Positions 1 through 8,688 of a stretch of 64,000 nucleotides of DNA are shown one piece after another. The DNA is from an uncultured Gemmatimonadales bacterium (GTDB taxonomy: Bacteria; Gemmatimonadota; Gemmatimonadetes; Gemmatimonadales; GWC2-71-9): NCBI GenBank assembly GCA_963739455.1, contig CAVUAK010000001.1:864001-928000 (forward strand). The letters run 5' to 3'. The position numbers were made by a program, and so were the translations under genes. Position 1 is the first letter of the stretch; the number at the start of each line of letters is the position of its first letter. The notes beneath the pieces are model-generated. The model did no database searches. It saw nothing but the letters and a program-made list of their open reading frames with translations, and was not told where the DNA came from.

Positions 1-1
1 T

Positions 2-1270
2 GAACCCCGAGTCGTCACGGAAGTAGAGCGTGAGCCGCAGGCTCTGGTAGGTCCAGCGGATCACCCGGTCCTGCGTCAGGCCATTGGTGTCGAATACGTC
101 ATCGGGCTCGCCCAGGCGGATGTACACCTCGCCTCGCTCGGTGCGCCACCCCGGCACGCCCTCGTCATGGAACTGCTGTGCCGACACCGCCACCCGCCCG
201 AAATAGGAATTGAGCGCCTCGTTTTCCGGTGTACGGGGATTCGGGTCGGTCTCCTTCCAGAACGCGAGCCACGCCGTCGCCCGCTGGCTCGGCTCCGCCT
301 GCTTGAGCTTGTCGACATCCTGCTGATGGCCGAACCACTTCAGCATGCTGATCATCTCGTCGAAGTTCGTCACCAGCCACGCCGCCGAGAACGAGACCAC
401 CGCCGAGACCGTCTTCTGGTCAGGCTTGTTCCCCACCACGAGCCGCATCTCACCCAGGGTCATGCTGTCGGGCCGGAGCTTGATGAACTGGCTCTCCACC
501 GGAAGGCCGCCGCGGAAGTGGAGCGAGTCGGTGTACACCAGGCTGTCCGTCGCGGTTCGGACCTCGAAGGGCACCGCCGTCGGGGCGGTATAGCCGTACC
601 CCTCGAGGTAGGCCAGCAGCGTGTCGCCGCCGAACGCCACCGCGCCACGGGGATTGAGTACGATGCGAAGTGACTGGTCCAGGCGCTCGCGCCCCGTCAC
701 CTGGTAGGTCAGGATCGGCGCTGACGTGGTTGACGTGCCGAAGGGGGAGACGACGAGCGTGCGCCCCGCCTTGTTGATCGTACCCGACTGCATGTCTCGG
801 ATGGTGACGGTCAGCTCGTAGCTGCCCGGCACCAGCCGGAAGAATTTCTGGAACAGCACGCTTTCGTCGGCGCGACCCGTTTCCTGGAAACTGTCCACCC
901 GGACCGTTTCCTCCTGACCGCCGGTCACCGACCGGCCCGTCGCCGGCTGGAACGTGGCGTCAACCCGGTAGCGCGCGACGTACGCCGTGCCGTCCTTCTG
1001 GAACGAGAGCGCCCGGTTCTCCAGCGACAATCCAAGGATCACCAGCACGGTGTCGCCCGCGCCCTTCACCAGCGCAACGGAACCGATGAACGGCAGCGGC
1101 TCTCCCGCCGAAAGCCGCCCCAGCTTCTGGAACAGCGCCTGCTGGTTGAGGAGCGCCGAGAAGCCTTCCGCTGGGGCCTTGGCATCCTCGGTGCCCACGC
1201 GCTTCCATCCCCCGCAGGCCGCAAGGATTCCCAGGGACACCAACGCCACCACGCCTCTGATCCGTCGCAT
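2..1270 (-). CDS. GWxTD domain-containing lipoprotein (3' end runs off the window)
   Basis: Manual translation from ATG 1270: MRRIRGVVALVSLGILAAC (lipobox) ... AFWKETDPNPRTPENEALNSYFGRV ... PGWRTERGEVYIRLGEPD. Open to the window edge, so absent from the ORF track. Confidence 0.85.
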   Translation of the reverse strand, partial: MRRIRGVVALVSLGILAACGGWKRVGTEDAKAPAEGFSALLNQQALFQKLGRLSAGEPLPFIGSVALVKGAGDTVLVILGLSLENRALSFQKDGTAYVARYRVDATFQPATGRSVTGGQEETVRVDSFQETGRADESVLFQKFFRLVPGSYELTVTIRDMQSGTINKAGRTLVVSPFGTSTTSAPILTYQVTGRERLDQSLRIVLNPRGAVAFGGDTLLAYLEGYGYTAPTAVPFEVRTATDSLVYTDSLHFRGGLPVESQFIKLRPDSMTLGEMRLVVGNKPDQKTVSAVVSFSAAWLVTNFDEMISMLKWFGHQQDVDKLKQAEPSQRATAWLAFWKETDPNPRTPENEALNSYFGRVAVSAQQFHDEGVPGWRTERGEVYIRLGEPDDVFDTNGLTQDRVIRWTYQSLRLTLYFRDDSGF

Positions 1271-1376
1271 GCGACTCCCTTGGGGTGCTGCCTCACTCGT
1301 GATCCAGGCCCCGGACACGCCAGGAAACTCCCGGAAAGCTTGCTGGCTTGACGAGTGCGCGCTAGCTTCGCCGTCC

Positions 1377-2267
1377 ATGACCTCCGACAGCCTGCAGGGG
1401 CGCACCATCAACGGATATCGCCTCCTCAAGCAGATGGGCGAGGGAGGAACCGCGCTCGTGTACCGGGCCGACCACCCCGACCGGGGCACGACGGCGGTCA
1501 AGGTACTGCGACATCGCCTCGCCGAGGACCCCGTGGCCGTGAAGCGCTTCCTGAGCGAGGCGGATCTCGGCAAGCGGGTGGCCCACCCGAACATCGTCAA
1601 GACCTACGACTACGGGCAGTCCGACGGACTGTATTACCTGGCGCTCGAGTGGATCGAGGGCGAGCCGCTTGCCACCTTCGCCACCCGGTCCGGCCCCCTC
1701 GCCATGCCGGTCGTCGCCACCATCGTGGAGCAGATCGGCGGCGCCCTCGCTGCCGCGCACAAGGGCCGCATCATTCATCGGGACCTGAAGCCGGCGAACA
1801 TCATGTTCGACCCGGCCACCCAGCGCGCCATGCTGCTCGACTTCGGCATCGCGCGGGACACCGAGAGTAATCCCGACGAGCGACTCACCCGCGCCGGTTT
1901 CTTCGTGGGAACCCTGCAGTATGTCGCCCCCGAGACGCTGAGCGGCGCCCTGGTCAACGAGCAGGCCGACGTGTACAGCCTGGCCACCATCGCCTACTAC
2001 CTGCTGACCGGTGAGCATCCCTTCAACGGCAAGAACCCCCGGGAGCTCTTCCAGCAGCTCCTGACGCAGGACCCCGTTCCCCTGAGCCAGGCCACCCGGG
2101 GACTCAAGTTCCCGCCGGCTGTCGAGGCCGCAGTGATGCAGGGGCTGATGCGGGACCTGTCGCAGCGTACGAAGACGGTGGACGAATTCGCCACCGCTTT
2201 CTGCACCGCGGTGCGGTCCACCGACGACCCCAAGGGCGGCTTCCTCAAGAAGCTCTTCGGTCGATGA
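1377..2267 (+). CDS. Hanks-type Ser/Thr protein kinase, catalytic domain only
   Basis: GEGGTALVY, AVKVL, HRDLKPAN, DFG, GTLQYVAPE motifs; ATG 1377 chosen as start. Confidence 0.9.
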   Translation: MTSDSLQGRTINGYRLLKQMGEGGTALVYRADHPDRGTTAVKVLRHRLAEDPVAVKRFLSEADLGKRVAHPNIVKTYDYGQSDGLYYLALEWIEGEPLATFATRSGPLAMPVVATIVEQIGGALAAAHKGRIIHRDLKPANIMFDPATQRAMLLDFGIARDTESNPDERLTRAGFFVGTLQYVAPETLSGALVNEQADVYSLATIAYYLLTGEHPFNGKNPRELFQQLLTQDPVPLSQATRGLKFPPAVEAAVMQGLMRDLSQRTKTVDEFATAFCTAVRSTDDPKGGFLKKLFGR

Positions 2268-2815
2268 GCGACCAGGCGGCACTGGAGCAGCTCCTCCGGG
2301 AGCGCTCGGTGCGCTTTGGCGATTTCCTGCTCGCTTCCGGCCAGCGTTCCACCTACTACATCGACTGCCGCCTTACCACCATGTCCGCCCAGGGCATGAT
2401 CCTCATCGGTCGCCTCGGGCTTGCCGCGGTCCGCGCCGCCGGCTGGGCACCTGACGCCATCGGTGGCCTCACCATGGGCGCCGATCCCGTGGCGTACGCC
2501 GTCGCTGCCACCAGCGTCGGATCACCTCCCGTCATCGACGCCTTCAGCGTCCGCAAGGAAGCCAAGGCCCACGGCACCGGCCGCGCGATCGAGGGGAACT
2601 TCCGCGAGGGTGCCAAGGTGGTTGTGGTCGAGGATGTGATCACGTCCGGCGGGTCGGCCGAGAAGGCCATCAGCGCCGTGCGCGACGCCGGCGGCATCGT
2701 GCTCGGCGTGCTCGCCGTGGTGGACCGACTGCAGGGCGGCAGGGCGCACCTTGAAGGCCTCGGACACACAGTAGTATCACTTACAACTACGGCATCACTC
2801 GGCATCCATGCCTAG
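2264..2815 (+). CDS. pyrE: orotate phosphoribosyltransferase
   Basis: FLLASGQRSTYYIDCR, RKEAKAHG, VVVVEDVITSGGS PRPP-binding motif. Confidence 0.95.
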   Translation: MSDQAALEQLLRERSVRFGDFLLASGQRSTYYIDCRLTTMSAQGMILIGRLGLAAVRAAGWAPDAIGGLTMGADPVAYAVAATSVGSPPVIDAFSVRKEAKAHGTGRAIEGNFREGAKVVVVEDVITSGGSAEKAISAVRDAGGIVLGVLAVVDRLQGGRAHLEGLGHTVVSLTTTASLGIHA

Positions 2816-2859
2816 TCGGCTCACGACTCACTGCCGACTCACGACTCACGACTCACGAC
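2814..2859. repeat. heptamer array, family A (TCACGAC) with short inverted arm
   Basis: AGTCGGC TCACGAC TCAC TGCCGAC TCACGAC TCACGAC TCACGAC. Confidence 0.85.
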
Positions 2860-2866
2860 CCTTGAT

Positions 2867-4029
2867 GTGACCCGCACGGCCGACGTGGTGATCGTTGGCG
2901 CCGGCGTCATGGGCGCCTCGGTGGCCTGGCACCTTACCCAGCTTGGGTGCCGCTCCGTCATCCTCCTCGACCACGCCTCCGCACCCGGTACCGGCAGCAC
3001 CGGCCGCGCCACCGGCGGCTTCCGCGCACAGTTCGCGTCCGCCATCAACGTGCGCCTGTCGCTGCTCTCCCGCGAAAAGCTCCGGCGGTTCCACGACGAG
3101 ACCGGCGGCGACTGCGGGTACCAGCCGGTGGGCTACCTCTTCCTCGCTGCCGATCAGCGCCCAGATGGGCACCCTGCGCGAGGCCATCGCAGTACAGCGT
3201 GCCGCAGGACTCACCGAGTCGGCCATCGTTTCGCTGGATGACATCGCGCGGCTCAACCCGTCGATCGTGCTCGATGGTGTGGCGGGAGGCTCGTTCGGTG
3301 CCACCGACGGCTATATCCGTCCGCTCGGAATCATGCAGGGGTATCTCGACGCGGCGCTGAGGGCCGGCGCCGAGGTGCAGTACGACGCCGCGCCAATGAG
3401 CTTCGAGCGCGATGGTGACCGCATCACCGCCGTCACTACCAGGGGCGGGCGCATCACCGCGGGACATGTGGTCAACGCCACCGGTGCCTGGGCCGCTGAC
3501 GTGGCACGGCTGGCAGGCGTGGACCTTTCCGTCACGCCCGAGCGGAGACAGGTGGCACTCACGGCCCCGACCACGTGCATTGCCGCCGTCCACGCCGATG
3601 ACGATCTTCGCGGAAGACGGTTTTCACTTTCGTGTGCGCGACGGCCGCGTGCTGCTGCTCTGGCCCACCGAGACCATCGGGGCCGACCGCTACGACACGA
3701 CCTTCGACGCGCGATGGCTGGATGGCGTGGTGTCCCGCGCGCACCGGCGCGTGCCCGCACTTCGGTCGGTAGCGGTGGACCGGGCCGGCAGCTGGTGCGG
3801 ACTCTACGAGATGTCGCCCGACCACCACGCCATTCTCGGTGCGGCGCCCGGGCTCGAGAACTTCTGGCTGATGAACGGCTCGTCGGGACATGGCGTCATG
3901 CACTCACCGGCGCTGGGCCAGCTGCTCGCCGAAATGATCACCGGCCAGGCGGCGTCGCTCGATGCGCGCGCGCTCCGGCCCACACGGTTCCTCGAGGGAG
4001 CGCCGAACCCGGCGCCCGTCCTCCTCTAA
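2867..4029 (+). CDS. FAD-dependent oxidoreductase (DAO/sarcosine oxidase beta-like); two apparent +1 frameshifts near 3155 and 3575
   Basis: VVIVGAGVMG FAD motif (frame of 2867), VVNATGAWA (frame of 2895), GLYEMSPDHHAILG...GSSGHGVMHSPA (frame of 3412). Confidence 0.85.
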
Positions 4030-4045
4030 GACGGGAGACCGACCC

Positions 4046-4429
4046 ATGCGCCACGTCCACACGCCCGACGCACCACGGCCCGCCGGGCACTACTCCCAGG
4101 CAATCGTGCACAGCGGTGTGGTCTACGTTGCGGGCCAGCTTCCGCTCGATCCCACCTGGCCCGATGCGCCACATGGCACGGTGGAAGAGCAGACGAAGCG
4201 CACGTTGCGCAACGTGGAGGCGATCCTGCGTGCCGCTGGCAGCGACCTCGATCACCTGCTCACGGTCACCATCTACGTCACCGACGTGGCGCACTGGCCC
4301 AAGGTCAACGCGGCCTATGCCGAGACGCTCGGCACTCACCGGCCCGCGCGCACGGTCGTGCCCGTCGCCGGGCTGCACTACGGCTACCTCGTCGAGATCA
4401 CCGCCACCGGCGCCGTGAAGGAGCCCTGA
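4046..4429 (+). CDS. RidA/YjgF/UK114 family protein
   Basis: PAGHYSQA, VAGQLP, HRPARTVV, VEI motifs. Confidence 0.9.
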   Translation: MRHVHTPDAPRPAGHYSQAIVHSGVVYVAGQLPLDPTWPDAPHGTVEEQTKRTLRNVEAILRAAGSDLDHLLTVTIYVTDVAHWPKVNAAYAETLGTHRPARTVVPVAGLHYGYLVEITATGAVKEP

Positions 4430-4445
4430 GCCCACTCCCCTTGCG

Positions 4446-4479
4446 CTTCTACAGGAGTAATCCTATGTTCCTGTAGAAG
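4446..4479. promoter_or_regulatory. 11-bp perfect inverted repeat, putative PadR operator
   Basis: CTTCTACAGGA-N12-TCCTGTAGAAG directly upstream of the padR RBS (GGAGG). Confidence 0.55.
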
Positions 4480-4491
4480 GCGGAGGGGACC

Positions 4492-4824
4492 ATGACCGAT
4501 GCACGACTCGAGCTTCCCCAGGGAACGCTCGATCTCCTGATACTCAAGTCGCTCTCGCTCGGGCCGCAGCACGGCTGGGCCATCTCCGAGCGCATTCGCG
4601 ACGTCTCCCGCGCCGCGATGCAGATCCCCCAGGGCTCGCTTTACCCCGCGCTCCATCGCCTCGAGCGGCGCGGGTGGATTGCCGCCCGCTGGGACACTTC
4701 CGACAACAACCGCCGCGCCAAGTTCTACGAGCTCACGCGCACCGGCTGGAAGCAGCTCAAGACCGAGGCGGACGAATGGCGCCGGCTTACCGACGCCGTT
4801 GCCCTCGTCCTCGGCATGACCTGA
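4492..4824 (+). CDS. PadR family transcriptional regulator (acidobacterial type)
   Basis: QGTLDLLILKSL, GSLYPALHRLERRGWI, NNRRAKFYELT. Confidence 0.92.
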   Translation: MTDARLELPQGTLDLLILKSLSLGPQHGWAISERIRDVSRAAMQIPQGSLYPALHRLERRGWIAARWDTSDNNRRAKFYELTRTGWKQLKTEADEWRRLTDAVALVLGMT

Positions 4825-4826
4825 CC

Positions 4827-7532
4827 ATGGTGCGGGACTGGCTGGCCGACCTGCGATTTCGCGTGCGCGCCCTGGTGCGGCGCGAGGCGCTCGAGCGGGA
4901 TCTCGACCAGGAACTGCGAGACCACCTCGAGCATGAGGCCGGCAAGTACGTGAAGGCGGGCGTGCCGCCCGCCGAGGCCATGCGACAGGCGCGCCTTGCC
5001 TTTGGCGGCGTGGAATCCGTGAAGGACCAGAGTCGAGATACGCGCGGCCTGGCGCTGCTCGAGATGGTCTCGCAGGACCTCCGCTATGCCATGCGCTCCC
5101 TCCGGCGCAATCCGGGATTCACCGCCGCCGTGGTGCTGACCCTCGCCCTCGGCATCGGGGCGAACGCCGCGATGTTCAGCATCGTCGACCGGCTGATTTT
5201 TCGCACACCCGCTTTTCTCCTCCAGCCCGGCCGTGTCCACCGCGTCTATCTCGCCAGCGACCGTCGGGGTGTTCCGCAGGTTGCCAGGTACACCGGCTAC
5301 ACCAACTATCTCGACCTGCGGCGATGGACCACCAGCTTCGACCTCATGGCGGCATACGGCACGCGCGAGCTGCCAGTCGGCGCCGGTACCGACGGCCGGG
5401 AAATGCAGGTCGCCACCGTGTCGGCCACGCTCTTCGATTTCTTCGACGCGAAGCCGGTGCTGGGACGCTTCTTCACGGCGCAGGAAGACACCGTCCCCAT
5501 CGGCGCAATGGTGGCCGTGCTTGGATATGGATTCTGGCACGCACAGTATGGCGGCCGCGCTGACGTGATCGGCCAGCAGCTCGAGATCGGCACCGCGACG
5601 TACACCATCATTGGCGTGGCACCCCCGCGCTTTGTCGGCATCGCGGAGCGTGCGCCACCCGCGGTATTCATCCCGATCACTGCCTTCGCCGGCACCTTCC
5701 GCGGTGGTCCGGCGATCGCGAACTACTACACCAAGTACAACTGGAGCTGGCTGGAAGTCCTGGCGCGGCGCCGGGAAGGCGTGAGCCTCGCCGCGGCCAG
5801 CGCCGACCTGAGCCAGGCGAACGCGTGGAGCTGGAACAACCAGCGGAGCCTCGACCCCACGCTCACACCGGCGGAGATCGCGCACCCGCGCGCCACCGCC
5901 GGCCCAGTACAGCTCGAACGGGGACCCAATCACAGGCCGGCCACGATGGTCGCCGGCTGGGTGAGCGGCGTGGCCTTGATCGTCCTGCTGATCGCCTGCG
6001 CCAACGTGGCCAACCTGCTGCTTGCGCGCGCCATGCGCCGGCGTCGAGAGATTGCGCTCCGGCTGGCGCTCGGCGTGAGCCGCCGCCGGCTCGTGGGACA
6101 ACTGCTCACCGAGAGTCTCCTGCTCGCGGGGTGTGGAGCCCTCGCCGGCCTGCTCCTGGCTCACTGGGGCGGAGGACTGCTGACGGCACTCTTCCTTCCC
6201 GACGGCGGCGATGCGTCCCCTGTGGCGGAAGGACGCACGCTCGCCTTCGCCCTGTTGATGGCGCTCGTGTGCGGCAGCGTGCTCGGCCTGGTGCCGGTGC
6301 TGCAGGCCCGGCGCACCGACCTGGTAGAGTCGCTCAAGGCGGGGATACGTGAGGGCGGTGCCCGTCGCTCGCGCACCCGGACCGGTCTCCTCCTGCTGCA
6401 GGCCGCGCTCTCGGTACTGCTGCTCGTGGGCGCCGGGCTCTTCGTGCAGAGCCTCCGGAACGTGCGGTCACTCCGGCTCGGCTACGATATCGACCCGGTG
6501 CTCTACATCGCGCTGAACATGCGGGGGGTGCGACACACCGACGAAGAAGCCATTGCACTCAGGCACCGACTGCTGGAGGCGGCCCATTCGCTCCCCGGCA
6601 TGCAGTCGGCGGCCTTCGGCCTCACGGTACCCTTCTGGGACACCTGGACCGAGAGCCTCTTCGTGCCCGGCATCGATTCCGTCAGCCGCCTCGGAAGCTT
6701 CACGCTGCAAGCCGTCTCGCCGGAATACTTCGCCACGATGGGCACGCGCATCGTGCGCGGAAGGGGCATTGAGCGCGAGGACCGGACGGATGCCCCTCGC
6801 GTGATCGTGGTGAGCGAGACGATGGCGCGGACACTGTGGCCAGGCCAGGACGCGCTGGGTAAATGCCTGCGCGTGGGGGCGGACAGCCTGCCATGCACCA
6901 CGGTGGTGGGCATCGCCGAGGACATCAAGCAGAACCAGCTGGCCGATGACCCGGGACGGCACTACTACCTGCCCATCGAGCAGTATCACCCCGAGTCGGC
7001 CGTGCTATTTGTCCGGGTCGCGGGCGACGGTGCGGAGCAGAAGGAGTCGGTGCGGCGCCAGCTGCAACCCCTCATGCCGGGCATCGCCTACCTCACCGTG
7101 AACTCGATGCGCGACATCGTCGAGCCCGAGGTGCAGTCGTGGCGCCTGGGGGCCACCATGTTCGTTGCCTTCGGTGGGCTGGCCCTGCTCCTCGCGGCAG
7201 TGGGCCTGTACAGTGTCATCGCGTACGACGTACAGCAGCGCACCCATGAACTGGGCATCCGCATCGCCCTCGGCGCCGGGATGCGCGACCTCGTGCTGCT
7301 CGTGGTGGGCGACGGCCTCCGCGTGGCGCTCATTGGAGGCGCGGCGGGTGGCGCCATCGCGCTCGTGGCTGGTCACTGGCTCGGACCGCTGCTCTTCGAG
7401 GAGTCACCGCGGGACCCGGTCGTCTTCGGCGTCGTGACCGTCGTCCTGCTCGGCGCAGCATTGCTGGCGAGCGGGCTCCCGGCACTGCGGGCGGTGCGCG
7501 TGGACCCGAACGAGGCTCTTCGCGCCGAGTAA
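4827..7532 (+). CDS. ADOP-type duplicated MacB/FtsX permease
   Basis: DLRYAMRSLRRNPGF, LALGIGANAAMFS, LLIACANVANLLLARA, RTHELGIRIALGA, VDPNEALRAE. Confidence 0.92.
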   Translation: MVRDWLADLRFRVRALVRREALERDLDQELRDHLEHEAGKYVKAGVPPAEAMRQARLAFGGVESVKDQSRDTRGLALLEMVSQDLRYAMRSLRRNPGFTAAVVLTLALGIGANAAMFSIVDRLIFRTPAFLLQPGRVHRVYLASDRRGVPQVARYTGYTNYLDLRRWTTSFDLMAAYGTRELPVGAGTDGREMQVATVSATLFDFFDAKPVLGRFFTAQEDTVPIGAMVAVLGYGFWHAQYGGRADVIGQQLEIGTATYTIIGVAPPRFVGIAERAPPAVFIPITAFAGTFRGGPAIANYYTKYNWSWLEVLARRREGVSLAAASADLSQANAWSWNNQRSLDPTLTPAEIAHPRATAGPVQLERGPNHRPATMVAGWVSGVALIVLLIACANVANLLLARAMRRRREIALRLALGVSRRRLVGQLLTESLLLAGCGALAGLLLAHWGGGLLTALFLPDGGDASPVAEGRTLAFALLMALVCGSVLGLVPVLQARRTDLVESLKAGIREGGARRSRTRTGLLLLQAALSVLLLVGAGLFVQSLRNVRSLRLGYDIDPVLYIALNMRGVRHTDEEAIALRHRLLEAAHSLPGMQSAAFGLTVPFWDTWTESLFVPGIDSVSRLGSFTLQAVSPEYFATMGTRIVRGRGIEREDRTDAPRVIVVSETMARTLWPGQDALGKCLRVGADSLPCTTVVGIAEDIKQNQLADDPGRHYYLPIEQYHPESAVLFVRVAGDGAEQKESVRRQLQPLMPGIAYLTVNSMRDIVEPEVQSWRLGATMFVAFGGLALLLAAVGLYSVIAYDVQQRTHELGIRIALGAGMRDLVLLVVGDGLRVALIGGAAGGAIALVAGHWLGPLLFEESPRDPVVFGVVTVVLLGAALLASGLPALRAVRVDPNEALRAE

Positions 7533-7614
7533 GTGGCTCCGCAGGGGTCCACTGGGCGTCTCTCGTCTTCCGGCTCCTGTCCCCGTGCAGGCACGTCCCC
7601 GCCACTCGTCCCCC

Positions 7615-8490
7615 TCATGCTCGAACGACATGGGTGCTCCCGGTCCGCTGCAGCGGATGAAACCGCTCCCAAACGGTGGCGTAGGGTTCAATAAGGAGCG
7701 TTACAAATCGCTCCACTGCCACCGGAAATGGAAAGCGATGCCGGAACTCGGTTGAGGTGATGCCGAGGAGTGACCGGACGTGCCGCCCGAATGACTGGGG
7801 CGACGAGTATTCGAGCCGGTAGGCAACGTCGGCGATGGAAAGCCCGGGATCCTCGAACAGTTGGGCCGCATGCAGCAGCCTGATGGCGGCGAGATAGCTC
7901 TTGGGGCTGGGCAGTTCGGCGCGGGCAAACCGGGACATGAGCGTGCTGGGTCGAACACCGAGGCGCCTGGAGAGTTGGCGCACGGTTGGTGTGTCGGGAG
8001 CGAGGCGGATCATCGCCTCGAGGAAGATCCGGGTATCGGGCGTCACCTCCTTGAGGGCGGACAGCACCGGTCCCTGGATCCGGGCGACCGACCGGGTCAC
8101 CGGCTGGGTCAGGAGCTCCCGGAGGTGCGCCCAGCCCGTCGGGGCGGTAACGTCGATGACGCGCTTGACGCCGCTCGCCCCCAGCAGGAGCAGGGTTTCG
8201 GTGGCCCGGGGTCCGTACTGCGACACGAGCGCGAAGGTGGGCACACTGGGAAATTCCCGGACGAGATGTGCCACACCGTCCACCTGCTCGGGCCCGCAGT
8301 GCTGCACCGAGAGGAGCACGGCATCGATCGGACGCTCGCGCACCATGCGGATAGCGTCGGAAATCGACTCGCGGTGCAGGATGGCGACACAACCACTCCC
8401 CGCGGCATCTACGCGGGAGCGTTCGCCGGGGGAAAGTATGGCGGCGACCGTGGGAGCACCCACGGCGTCGGGTGACGCAGTAGCAAGCAT
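7615..8490 (-). CDS. AraC-type HTH regulator with receiver-like N-terminus
   Basis: C-terminal LSIADVAYRLEYSSPQSFGRHVRSLLGITSTEFR AraC signature. Confidence 0.85.
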   Translation of the reverse strand: MLATASPDAVGAPTVAAILSPGERSRVDAAGSGCVAILHRESISDAIRMVRERPIDAVLLSVQHCGPEQVDGVAHLVREFPSVPTFALVSQYGPRATETLLLLGASGVKRVIDVTAPTGWAHLRELLTQPVTRSVARIQGPVLSALKEVTPDTRIFLEAMIRLAPDTPTVRQLSRRLGVRPSTLMSRFARAELPSPKSYLAAIRLLHAAQLFEDPGLSIADVAYRLEYSSPQSFGRHVRSLLGITSTEFRHRFPFPVAVERFVTLLIEPYATVWERFHPLQRTGSTHVVRA

Positions 8491-8688
8491 GATGACCCTG
8501 GCTGTGAATTGGGGCGGCGATAGTGGACCGCCATGCTCAACCAGTGGTCAAACGGTACGGGGAGCCGCGAGCGACAGTGCCCGCGCAACCTCCTGCGGGG
8601 TCCAGGCGTCAAAGGAGTATTGAATCCCCAACCGGCCCTGCGCCGTGAGGGGCTTTCTCGCCTTTCCCCAACGAATGTGGAGCCGCGG

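Noticed and set aside
7533..7614. Three GTCCCC motifs between convergent genes
   Set aside because: Short, irregularly spaced and GC-rich; no convincing structure or known RNA.
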